This document shows, one piece after another, positions 1 to 8,603 of a DNA stretch of 64,000 bases. How positions within the stretch are numbered: position 1 is the stretch's first letter; every line of letters begins with the position of its first letter. Location: the NCBI GenBank assembly GCA_013416795.1, contig RQSC01000125.1, forward strand, positions 8,799 to 72,798, read 5' to 3'. The DNA comes from Prasinococcaceae sp. CCMP 1430 (Eukaryota; Plantae; Prasinodermophyta). Below the pieces are notes generated by a model. The model did not search any database and was not told the origin of the DNA. It saw only the letters and a list, made by a program, of their open reading frames with translations. The translations under genes were made by a program, and so were the position numbers.

Positions 1-513
1 GCCGCGGCGCGCCGCGGCACGCCGCGCGCGGCGGCGGCGGCGGCGCCCGCGCTGCTCTCGAGGTGCGTTGTGATTGCGGCGCGTGTGCGCGTTCCACGCG
101 ACACACACGCCCAGGCACGCGCACGCGCGCGCGCGCGCCCACTACGATGCGCACACACGCGCTCGCACACGAACGGCGCGTGTGCGCGTGCCCGCATGCT
201 TGCACACACAATCTGCTGAGGCTGACCGGAGCGTTGCGCCGCGCCTTTCTCGCGTGCTGTGCTCAGGCTCGCTCCGGAGGGCAACGGCGGACCGGTCGAC
301 GCGTCTGAGGCGTGCGACGCGGTCCTGGACGGCTGGCTCGAACCACTCGCAGCGGCGGCACGATGCTCCGACCAGTCCGTGCGCGCGGCGGCCGTGGCCG
401 TGGCCGCGGCCGTGCGTGAGAGCGACGAGGCGCGGCAGCTCGCCGCGGACCGCGGGCTCAGCGCGCTGCTCGCGAGCGTGGCGATTGACGACGTGGACGG
501 ACGCCAACGCTGA
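1..513 (+). CDS. 3' end of an unidentified protein (intron ~63-266, last exon 267-513)
   Basis: GT donor at 63, GCTGAC branch-like site, CAG acceptor at 264-266; the following exon is Ala-rich with GC-rich codon bias (LAPEGNGGPVDASEACDAVLDGWLEPL...) and ends at TGA 511-513. Confidence 0.45.
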
Positions 514-653
514 AATTATATTCGTCTGTGGTGCGACGCTCGCCGCGGCTGCAGGCCCGTCGATCATCGTCGCCCCATAAGTCACGCCACGCAAAGGCGC
601 ATTGTTCATCCATATGGTGCATACATATTAAGGGATGCACGCGCGCCGAGGCG

Positions 654-3356
654 CTAGTTCTGTACCCACACGCACCACTCATCGCCAGACGCGGCGATGT
701 CCCACTTGTTGGACACTTCGCGCGCGCGCTCGTCCATGTGCGGGCTGAAGTCCCCAGGGCCGATCTTGACGATGAGCGCGCCACCGTCAATCATGGCGGC
801 GTAGTGTTCAGCGTCCACGCCCAAAATCTTGACCGACGAGCGCGAGTGAATGCGCAACTTCTTGCGCAGGTCCATGAGCGCAAGAATGCCGCCACGCAGG
901 TTGCCGTCGTACAGATGGTCGGTGAAGACCGTGGGCGTGCCCGGGTGCGTCAGGATGTAGGCGTAGCCTTGCGCAATGCCATGCGACGGGAAGGGCCAGT
1001 GATTGAGCGTGCTGCCCGTGTCGTGGTTGTCGATGAAGGTGACCGCCCTGCTCGGCCAGAAGCCCAGCACACCCGGCGGCCTCCCCGCGGGATCGATGAG
1101 GCGCCAGTACTCACGGCGGCCGATCGCCTCCTGGAGGACGGCCTTGGTGGTGAAGTCGAAGGCTCCGCTGCGACCGCCGGTCGAGTCGATCCAATTGATG
1201 GTGCGCTGCCTGTGCGCGTTCTGGTTGTAGTCGAGCACGCCCTCCGTGTACGAGCACGTGTCCCAGAACTCGCCCACGACCATCTTGGGCGCCGGGTGGG
1301 TGTTGGCGATGTACTCGCCCGTGTATTTGCCCGGGTAGCCCTTGACATAGTCGAAGCGCCATCCCTCGTAGCCGACGTCACTCCGGAGATAGTTGAGCCA
1401 TTCAGAGATGTCCCTCCGCACGGTATCGTTCGTGTGGTCGAGGTTCGGCGCGGCGGTGAAGTTCTCCTCCTCCTTCGCCCTGCCAGTGCCACCGAACATG
1501 CCGGAGTCGGCAGTGATGGCCCACGTGCCCCAGTTCATCCTGCCATGGTACTGGTTCCAGCGTCCCTGGCTGTCCTGCCCTTGCGCGCACCGGTGATTCA
1601 CGACGATGTCCGCCAAAGGAATGATGCCCTCGTCACGCACTGTGTTCAGGCAATCGCGCAGGCTCTGCTCGCTACCGTACTCCGAGTTGAGGTTCCACAG
1701 GTCCCCTGGGAGGTACCCCTGATCGGACACGGACTGTGACGGCGGTGGCAGCCACATCGCGGTGACGCCCTGCCCCGCGATCTCCTTGACCGAGCCCCGC
1801 AGGTTGTCGTAGTAGTTTCCGCGCCAGCTCTCCCAGTTGAACGCCTGCAACAAGATCTCGTAGCCGGTGCCGGTCGCCTGGTAGGCAGGCGCCTCCTCCT
1901 CGACCTCGACAGCCTCCTGCTGGAAGCCCACGGGAGGCGCTTCCGGCGGGGGGGGCGCGACGGGGGGCTCGAGGAGCTCGAGCGGCAGGGCGGGGGCCTC
2001 TTGTGCAGCGGCTGCCGCAATCTTGCTGACTTCGATGCCCTTGATGAGGCGCTGCAGCGCCGCCGCCGCCTCGTCGCTCGCCACCTGCTGCGCGGAGAGG
2101 TTGAGCTCGGCGAACTCGAGCTGGCCTGTGAGCGCCTCGATCTCGTCCTGGAGCGCGCCCGCCTCGACGGCCTCGTTGACCTGCGCCTGCACGGAGTTGA
2201 GCTCTGCCAGGGCCATGTCAGCGGCCGCGAGCGCCGTCCGCGCCTGATCGGCCCTCTCCTTGAGCTCCCTCCTCTCTTTGACGACCGCCGCGCCCTCGTC
2301 GTCCGCGGAGCGGATGAGGTCCTCCGCAACCATAATCTGATCCTTCAGCACGCCCGCCGTTCGCTCGCTCTCGCTGATGGTGCCGATGACGCTCTCGGCG
2401 AGCTGGGCGTCAATCTGCGCGGCCTCCCTGGTGATCGGACCCTCCTCCTGCTCCTTGGTCGACACGGGCGGGGGCTCCATGATCTGATCGCTCCCCGGCA
2501 GCTTGCCAAAGATGGCCGGCATGGTGCTGCGCGAGGTCTTGCGAGGGTTGAGGAGCAGCACGATGACCTGGCGCAGCGCATCGAAGCTCGACTCGGGCAC
2601 CTGCGTGCCGTCCTCCCGCAGGATGTCGAAGGTGTCCACCACCTTCCCCGTCGCGCGATCGGTGCTCACCGACGCGTTGAAGAGGCGCATGCCAAAGGTG
2701 GTCATCTCGGCGATGATCTTGGCGAGCAGCGCGCCCTGGTCGAAGTCCACGGCCACGGTGGATATGGTCAGGCGCGTGAGTCCCTTGGCGCCCATCGCGT
2801 CGTTGCGCAGCTGCACGCTGATGCCCTTGGACGCGTCGTAGATGACCATGCGATCGGTCAGCGCGCGGCGCGTGGCCTTGGGCAGCTGCTTGAAGTCCTC
2901 CTTGAGCAGGTACGCCGCGCGCACGGGCGAGGACGCCCTCACCGTCGCGCCGCGCCGCCTGTCGGTGATCAGCGCGATCTCGCCGAAGTACCCGCCCTTG
3001 CGGTAGCGCATGAGCGGCGAGTTCTCGCCGCCCTTGTCCTCGCGAAAGGCGAACGCCTCGCCCTCCATGAGCATGTAGAAGCGCTCGCCCACGTTGCCCT
3101 GCGTGACGATGTTCTCGCCCGCCTGGAAGTCGGCCACGTACAGCCGGCTGCGCACGAGCTCGACGGCCCTATCGTCGAGCGTGGCGAAGAGCGGCACCGA
3201 GCGCACGAACGAGGAGTCCACGGCGCTCTCGCTGTCGCTCTCGCTCTCGCTGTCGCTGAAGTCGAACCCCGCCGCGGCCGCGATCGGCTTCAGGTGCTTC
3301 TGCTGCCACCACCGCCGCTCCTCGCCGCGCCGCCGCGCCGCCGCGCGCGCGGGCGC
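654..3356 (-). CDS. Alpha-amylase (GH13, plant AMY2/AMY3-like catalytic domain) with N-terminal cNMP-binding domain, ACT-like domain and coiled coil; start uncertain (N at 3357)
   Basis: One uninterrupted ORF. Catalytic motifs GWRFDYVKG, VGEFWD, FIDNHDTGS; also YEILLQAFNWES and DIVVNHRC. cNMP motifs IVTQGNVGERFYMLMEG and GGYFGEIALITDRRRGATVRA. ACT-like DQGALLAKIIAEMTTFGMRLFNASVSTD...VVDTFDI. Confidence 0.92.
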   Translation of the reverse strand, partial: APARAAARRRGEERRWWQQKHLKPIAAAAGFDFSDSESESDSESAVDSSFVRSVPLFATLDDRAVELVRSRLYVADFQAGENIVTQGNVGERFYMLMEGEAFAFREDKGGENSPLMRYRKGGYFGEIALITDRRRGATVRASSPVRAAYLLKEDFKQLPKATRRALTDRMVIYDASKGISVQLRNDAMGAKGLTRLTISTVAVDFDQGALLAKIIAEMTTFGMRLFNASVSTDRATGKVVDTFDILREDGTQVPESSFDALRQVIVLLLNPRKTSRSTMPAIFGKLPGSDQIMEPPPVSTKEQEEGPITREAAQIDAQLAESVIGTISESERTAGVLKDQIMVAEDLIRSADDEGAAVVKERRELKERADQARTALAAADMALAELNSVQAQVNEAVEAGALQDEIEALTGQLEFAELNLSAQQVASDEAAAALQRLIKGIEVSKIAAAAAQEAPALPLELLEPPVAPPPPEAPPVGFQQEAVEVEEEAPAYQATGTGYEILLQAFNWESWRGNYYDNLRGSVKEIAGQGVTAMWLPPPSQSVSDQGYLPGDLWNLNSEYGSEQSLRDCLNTVRDEGIIPLADIVVNHRCAQGQDSQGRWNQYHGRMNWGTWAITADSGMFGGTGRAKEEENFTAAPNLDHTNDTVRRDISEWLNYLRSDVGYEGWRFDYVKGYPGKYTGEYIANTHPAPKMVVGEFWDTCSYTEGVLDYNQNAHRQRTINWIDSTGGRSGAFDFTTKAVLQEAIGRREYWRLIDPAGRPPGVLGFWPSRAVTFIDNHDTGSTLNHWPFPSHGIAQGYAYILTHPGTPTVFTDHLYDGNLRGGILALMDLRKKLRIHSRSSVKILGVDAEHYAAMIDGGALIVKIGPGDFSPHMDERAREVSNKWDIAASGDEWCVWVQN

Positions 3357-3618
3357 NTGGGGGGAGGCGTGCGAGCCCCCCTCGGGGGTCCCGCGCCGCC
3401 GCCGCGCGTCGCAGGGGGGGGGGGAGGGAGGGGCGGAGGCGGCCCGCTGAGGGGCCGCCGCGCCCGTCGAGGCGGGGAAGCGTGCGGTGCGGTGGGTGGG
3501 GTGGGGGGAGGGGAGGGGGGCGCTGTGTGGCACCCTGCCCCGCGCGGCCGCGCCCGCCCGCACGCCTGTCGCCCTAAGCAGGCCCGTGAATAGACAATAA
3601 AAAGAAAAACAAAAAAAA

Positions 3619-3990
3619 TCGTGTGCGATTTGACCTCCGAAGGCCCCGGGCATTTGTGGGGCGTTTTGGGCGGAAAAAAGCCGCCTTTGATTTGATGGTT
3701 CCCAACAGCACCAACAGCCGACGGGCACGCGAAAACAAAAAGAAAAAGAAAAAAGAAAAAGAAAAAAGTTCGTGTGCGATTTGACCTCCGAAAGCCCCCG
3801 CGTTTGTGAGGCGGTTTTCGGCGGCGGGCGTCTGAAACAAAACGGACCGCTTTTGATTTGATGGTTCCCGTCAACAACAGCCGACGGGCACGCGAAAAAA
3901 ACAAAAAAAAAGAAAAATTCGGGTGCGATTTGACCTCCGAAAGCCCCCGCGTTTGCGAGGCGTTTTCGGCGGCGGGCGCCCGGAAAAAGA
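3619..3990. repeat. Three imperfect tandem copies of a ~150-bp unit separated by poly(A)-rich linkers
   Basis: TCG(T/G)GTGCGATTTGACCTCCGAA starts at 3619, 3770 and 3919 (spacing 151 and 149). Copies 1 and 2 share TTTGATTTGATGGTTCCC and CAACAGCCGACGGGCACGCGAAAA. Confidence 0.9.
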
Positions 3991-4265
3991 AAAAAAAGTT
4001 TTGAGGCGTTTTAGGGTTGGGGTTTCTTTTTCTTTTTTTTCTTTTTTTTCCTGTTGTCGTCGTTCGACGGGGATCGGGCCCGCGCGCGCGCGCGCGCGCG
4101 CTCGAGCGCCCCCAAATGCGCCCCTTCCGTAAGATGCTTCGGTCAAAACGCACCTGCACTGCGCGCGATGCCCCTCCCAAACCTCCTCGAAATGCGTCCC
4201 CGAAAAGGCCTCCAAAAGGGCGCGCGGGGAGAGATCCGGCGGCGCGCTTTTGGGGCGCCGGAGCG

Positions 4266-4282
4266 AACCCTAATAAACCCTA
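4266..4282. promoter_or_regulatory. Telo-box-like motifs (AACCCTAA / AAACCCTA) between divergent genes
   Basis: AACCCTAATAAACCCTA. Related motifs at 4009, 11365, 24825, 32854, 54473, 60505 and 61183, mostly near gene 5' ends. Confidence 0.5.
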
Positions 4283-4850
4283 CCTTAAATACCGACGGAC
4301 GGGAGCGGCCACAAACCTCAACTCCAGAGCGGCGGAGTTCCCCCGCGCGGCGCGGGCGGCTACCTGAGCAGGGGACGCGGAGGGGGGGAGAGGGGGGAAG
4401 GGGAGTGGAGCGGCCGGCGGCGGCGGCGGGGAGGGCGCTGCGGTCGCGGGCGAGCCCGAACAGGCGACGTGCACGGGCCGCGCGGACGCAGACGCGGGGA
4501 GCAGCAGCGGCATAAGGCTCGGCGACATCAGCGCCCAGATCCTCGCCTGCGGCCGCGAGGTCCGGCGAGCTCTGGCGTTCCTGCACGGGAGCGGCGCGCG
4601 CAGCAGCAACAACACCAACGACGACAAGAACAATAGCAGCAACAACCGCGAGCCCACACTCGAGGGCCTGAGCGCTGCAGGCGGCAGATCGCTCTCCGAG
4701 CCGCCCTCCGCCGGGCAGCGCGACAGTGCCAATGCGGGGGTCGACGATGGCACCCTCCGCGGCGATGGCCGGGCCGATGCGCTCGCGGCGGCGCGCACCG
4801 CCGGCGGGCCTGATCGCACAACCGGCGAAGCCGTCGGTAGGGGAGCAGCG

Positions 4851-5918
4851 ATGGCGCAGGTCGCGCATGAGCGATCGGCAGCGGTGACCGTGGGCAGCGG
4901 CGCGGGTGCGTTCGCAGCTGGTGCGCTGGTGGCAGCGGGCATCTCTCGCGCTGCACGCCTTGCGTGCGCGCCGCCGCGCGCGCGGGGGCTGCTCAGGCAG
5001 CTTCGCGGCGCCCTGATCTTCGCTTCGCGGGTGGCAGTGGTCGGTCTGCGCGCGCCGCCGCACCTCGGCACGCACACGTTCCCGCCCTTGCTTGAGGTTG
5101 CGGAGCATGGGCCGCCACCATGGGACGCAGCGAGCGAGATCAGTGAGGGCTGGGTCGAGGTCGAAGCCGAGGAAGAGGGCACAATCGTGGCGGCAGCGGC
5201 CGCGCCCGGTCCTGGGCGAGGTGCGGAATCGACGCTCGAGAAGGAACTCGATGAGCTCGCATCGGCGCTAGCGGCAGAGCGTGAGGCGTTGGCGGCAGCC
5301 GCACTGGCGGATGCCGAGGCGGCACAGGAGGAGAAGGCTGCGCTCGCGCGCGCGCGCGACGCGATGATCGCTGTGGCGGACGCGGCGGCGGTGCGTGGGG
5401 ATGCGCTCGATGATCCCAAGGCGTTTGCACGCGCGCTGCCTGCGGACGTTGCGGTGGGGACGAAGTACGAAGGCATCGCGGCGCAAGACGAGCTGGGCGA
5501 AGGGGGCGCTGAGAGCACCGGCTCGATTGTTGCCGACTCGGACGCAAGTAGCACTGGCCTGCACTCCGATGACGGCGAGGGGGCTGGCAGCGTGGTGCAC
5601 GTGGTGCCTGGGCGCCGGCCGAGCATGTTCGAGATCATCGAGGCGCCCGGAGGTGATCCGATGGCGCCGACTGTGTCACGCAGCGTGAGCCTGGTCATCG
5701 AACAGTCCGCCAACTCGTCCGCTGCAGCGGAGAAGGCCGTCGCCGAGGCCCACGCGTCGCTGCTGCCCGCCCCGCGCGCCGATGCTCCGCCTGCAGCCGG
5801 GCCCGCCAAGGAGAACCGTGCACATCCTGCTGCCGAAGGGCAGGGAAGTAGGCGCCCGACAAAAAGTGGGCCGAGGCGCGGCCTACTCGCGTGTCTGTGC
5901 GGGCCGACGAGCGCATGA
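4851..5918 (+). CDS. Hypothetical protein with central coiled coil and C-terminal LACLCG motif; frame appears to extend upstream of 4851
   Basis: 355-aa ORF with an acidic/Ala-rich heptad segment (TLEKELDELASALAAEREALAA...) ending RRGLLACLCGPTSA. No family recognised. Confidence 0.5.
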   Translation: MAQVAHERSAAVTVGSGAGAFAAGALVAAGISRAARLACAPPRARGLLRQLRGALIFASRVAVVGLRAPPHLGTHTFPPLLEVAEHGPPPWDAASEISEGWVEVEAEEEGTIVAAAAAPGPGRGAESTLEKELDELASALAAEREALAAAALADAEAAQEEKAALARARDAMIAVADAAAVRGDALDDPKAFARALPADVAVGTKYEGIAAQDELGEGGAESTGSIVADSDASSTGLHSDDGEGAGSVVHVVPGRRPSMFEIIEAPGGDPMAPTVSRSVSLVIEQSANSSAAAEKAVAEAHASLLPAPRADAPPAAGPAKENRAHPAAEGQGSRRPTKSGPRRGLLACLCGPTSA

Positions 5919-6164
5919 ACCTCGATCGCGCACGCCCGTGCGCGCGCTCGAGCGCGCGCGGCGAGGGCACGAAGGCTGACAGGCACGCTGATGAGGTGCC
6001 GGGAACATCACTGTACTGTACACATTGGGTCACCTATTTGCATTATTACACGGCGGTGAGAACGTTCGAAGCCTCGCACGCAGGCCGTCGCATCCGTGAC
6101 GCGGCGGCGTCCGTGCGATGCGAACGTGCCGCTAATTCATTGTTTCGTGACGCCACCCCGTTCA

Positions 6165-7310
6165 TTAGTTATTAGACCGGGACATCTCCCTTTCGAGGTG
6201 TCGCTCGATGTGGCTCGCGGCGAACCAGCGGTGCATCACATCCTTGCGCACGGCCGCCGCCAGCTCCAGTCCGGATCCGTCATCGCTGCTGTCTTCGCCA
6301 TCCCCCGCCCCAGCGGGCCCGCCATAGAGTTGATCGGCCCCAAAGCAGGCGTAGCTCGGCGGGTGAACGACTGTCGCCTCGGTAGCGCCAGCGCGGGCCA
6401 CCAGCGGCACCGAGGCGCTGGTAATTCCTCCGGCCACGACCTCGCAGCCCGTGCTGTCGAGCTGCTCACGGAGCCGCCTCACCTTGTCCCCCATCGCCCG
6501 CACGTTGTACTCCCATCTGCCCGGGTTGACCGCCATCGCGACGACGCGGTCGGGAGTGCAGCCCCGCAGCGCCAGGTAGTGCAGCAGCTCATGAGGGTTC
6601 GTCCCAGGCAGCAGCGCCACGCCCACGCGCTCGAAGCCCATGTGTCGACAGGCGTCTAGCGCTGCGGCCACCGCCCCGGCGATGAAGTCAGAGTCGCCAG
6701 CCGCCGACCGGGGATCTCGCGCGTAGCCCTCCACGTGAATCGTAATGTCGCGCACCCCTGCCGCCGCCAGGCGGGGCGCGAACGTCGCCACGCTGCGGGG
6801 CGTGCAGTACATGTGCGCCTCCACGGCCAGCAGAGCCGCGGCCTCTTCGACGTGGGAGAAATCGAGCGAGGACATGTCGTCTACCCCCATTCGCGCGTCG
6901 AGCTTCCCGTCGTGGAGCCACAGAACTCCGGCGTCGTAGCGCGCGTCGCGTAACACGCGCGCCGACACTCCGAGGTGAGGACGCTCCGCCGTAAACGGCG
7001 GCGCGAGCGTCGCTCGCAGCGCCGGGCGCACGGTGCGGGCGGGCCGCGCAGCAGCCTCTCTCNNNNNNNNNNNNNNNNNNNNNNNNNNNNNNNNNNNNNN
7101 NNNNNNNNNNNNNNNNNNNNNNNNNNNACCCGGTGCCAGGCACACGCGCGCGCGCGCGCGCGCGCGCGCGCGCGCATGCGCTCTGATGGCGAACGCGCCG
7201 AGCGAAGGGGCGCGCGCAGCGGCGCGCGCCCCCTTCGCTTCGCACACCCCCGCGCTCGCGTTGAAATCACATCTAAAGTAAATACGTATCACGCGTACCC
7301 ACGGGAGCAC
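6165..7310 (-). CDS. Divergent ribulose-phosphate 3-epimerase-like TIM-barrel protein, probably catalytically inactive; 5' end spans a gap
   Basis: RPE motifs in the correct order: LAPPFTAERPHLG (~IAPSILSADFANLG), LHDG (~VMDG), EAHMY (~DVHLM), ITIHVE, GVALLPGT (~GLALNPAT), DRVVAMAVNPG, DKVRRLR, VVAGGIT (~VDGGIN), ARAGA. Confidence 0.75.
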   Translation of the reverse strand: MLPWVRVIRIYFRCDFNASAGVCEAKGARAAARAPSLGAFAIRAHARARARARARVCLAPGXXXXXXXXXXXXXXXXXXXXXXREAAARPARTVRPALRATLAPPFTAERPHLGVSARVLRDARYDAGVLWLHDGKLDARMGVDDMSSLDFSHVEEAAALLAVEAHMYCTPRSVATFAPRLAAAGVRDITIHVEGYARDPRSAAGDSDFIAGAVAAALDACRHMGFERVGVALLPGTNPHELLHYLALRGCTPDRVVAMAVNPGRWEYNVRAMGDKVRRLREQLDSTGCEVVAGGITSASVPLVARAGATEATVVHPPSYACFGADQLYGGPAGAGDGEDSSDDGSGLELAAAVRKDVMHRWFAASHIERHLEREMSRSNN

Positions 7311-7357
7311 TGGAAGATGCGTTTTGATGCGGATGCGGGCGCGTGCCCCTTCGTTCG

Positions 7358-8530
7358 ATGGGGCGTATCAAAGCGCATGCGCGCGCGCGTGTGCCGCGCG
7401 GCGTGTGCCGGCCACGCGGCGCGAGACCGCGAGGCTTGGCATCAGCGGCCATCGCTACGGTCGCGGCCGACGCGGCCCCGGCGCCGCGCCCCATCCAGAT
7501 CATCCCCAGCGTCCTCCCGGCGGACTGGGCCAACATGGGCCAGTGCGTCAAGGACCTCGAGGAGGCCGGCGTGGATCGCATCCAGTTCGGTGCGTGGCGC
7601 GTCGCCCCTGCTCCGCCCGCGAGCGACGCGCGCGGCGCGAAGCGGTGCGTGCTGACACCCGAAACCCCTCCTCGCTCACGTCCGCGTGCTTGCTGCCCGC
7701 AGACGTGATGGACGGCAACTTCGTCCCGAACCTGACCTTCGGCCCCGAGATGATCGCGGCGTGCCGCAAGTACTGCTCGACCCCCTTCGAGACCCAGCTC
7801 ATGGTGACGAACTACAACAGCGACACGATGCTCGAGGAGTACGTCGAGGCGACCAAGGGCCCCAATGGCGAGCCGGGCGTGGTCATCGTCCACGTTGAGG
7901 CGTGCGTGCACCTGCACCGCACCCTTGCGAAGATCCGCCAGATGGGCGGCTCGCCCTCGGTCGCGCTCAACCCCCACACGCCGGCCGAGATGGTGCTCAA
8001 CGTCCTCGACATGGTCGACCACGTCCTCGTCATGACCGTCAACCCGGGGTTCGGCGGCCAGGCCTACATCCCCACCATGCTCGACAAGATCTCCCGGATC
8101 CGTGCTGCCGCCGACGCGAAGGGGTTCGCCATTGACATCGAGGTACGTGCCGTCGGCGGTCGCCGCCGGGCCGCGCGAACCCGTCTTGCCAGCGGCTCGG
8201 TGGCTGCGTGCGTGCGCCGGCACCTGCAGGCGCATGCACGCTTTGGCGGAGGGAACCCCGCCAGCTCTGTCGCGGATCGCGTGCGAGCGCAACGCTGACC
8301 TGACGCGCCGCCCCTCTCCGCGCGACTTCACGCAGGTCGACGGCGGCATCAAGGCGGACTGGACCATCTCGCAGTGCGCGGCCGCCGGTGCCAACTGCTT
8401 CATTGCCGGCAGCGGCATGTTTGCCTACCCCACGCTCAAGGAGGGGTGCGACGAGCTCCGCAAGGTGGCCGAGGAGGCGCGCGAGGGCAAGGTGCTTGAG
8501 AAGCCCACGCCTGAGGTCGTCGCAGCCTAG
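7358..8530 (+). CDS. RPE: Ribulose-phosphate 3-epimerase family protein (exons 7358-7589, 7703-8142, 8336-8530)
   Basis: Spliced product has IIPSVLPADW, RIQF|DVMDGNFVPNLTFGP, VALNPHTP, VLVMTVNPGFGGQ, IE|VDGGI, FIAGSGMF. GT-AG introns 7590-7702 and 8143-8335 restore the frame exactly. Start ATG 7358 is inferred. Confidence 0.93.
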
Positions 8531-8603
8531 GTTTTTAATAGCCTCCTTCGTGCTACTGCATGTATAGCGCGCACAAATGTCTGTGCATGCGCTCAGGGCG
8601 GCC

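Noticed and set aside
3357-3728. ORF-track N-terminus of the amylase (MPVGCWCC...)
   Set aside because: It runs through the repeat array and across a single-N junction of unknown true length; composition is not coding-like.
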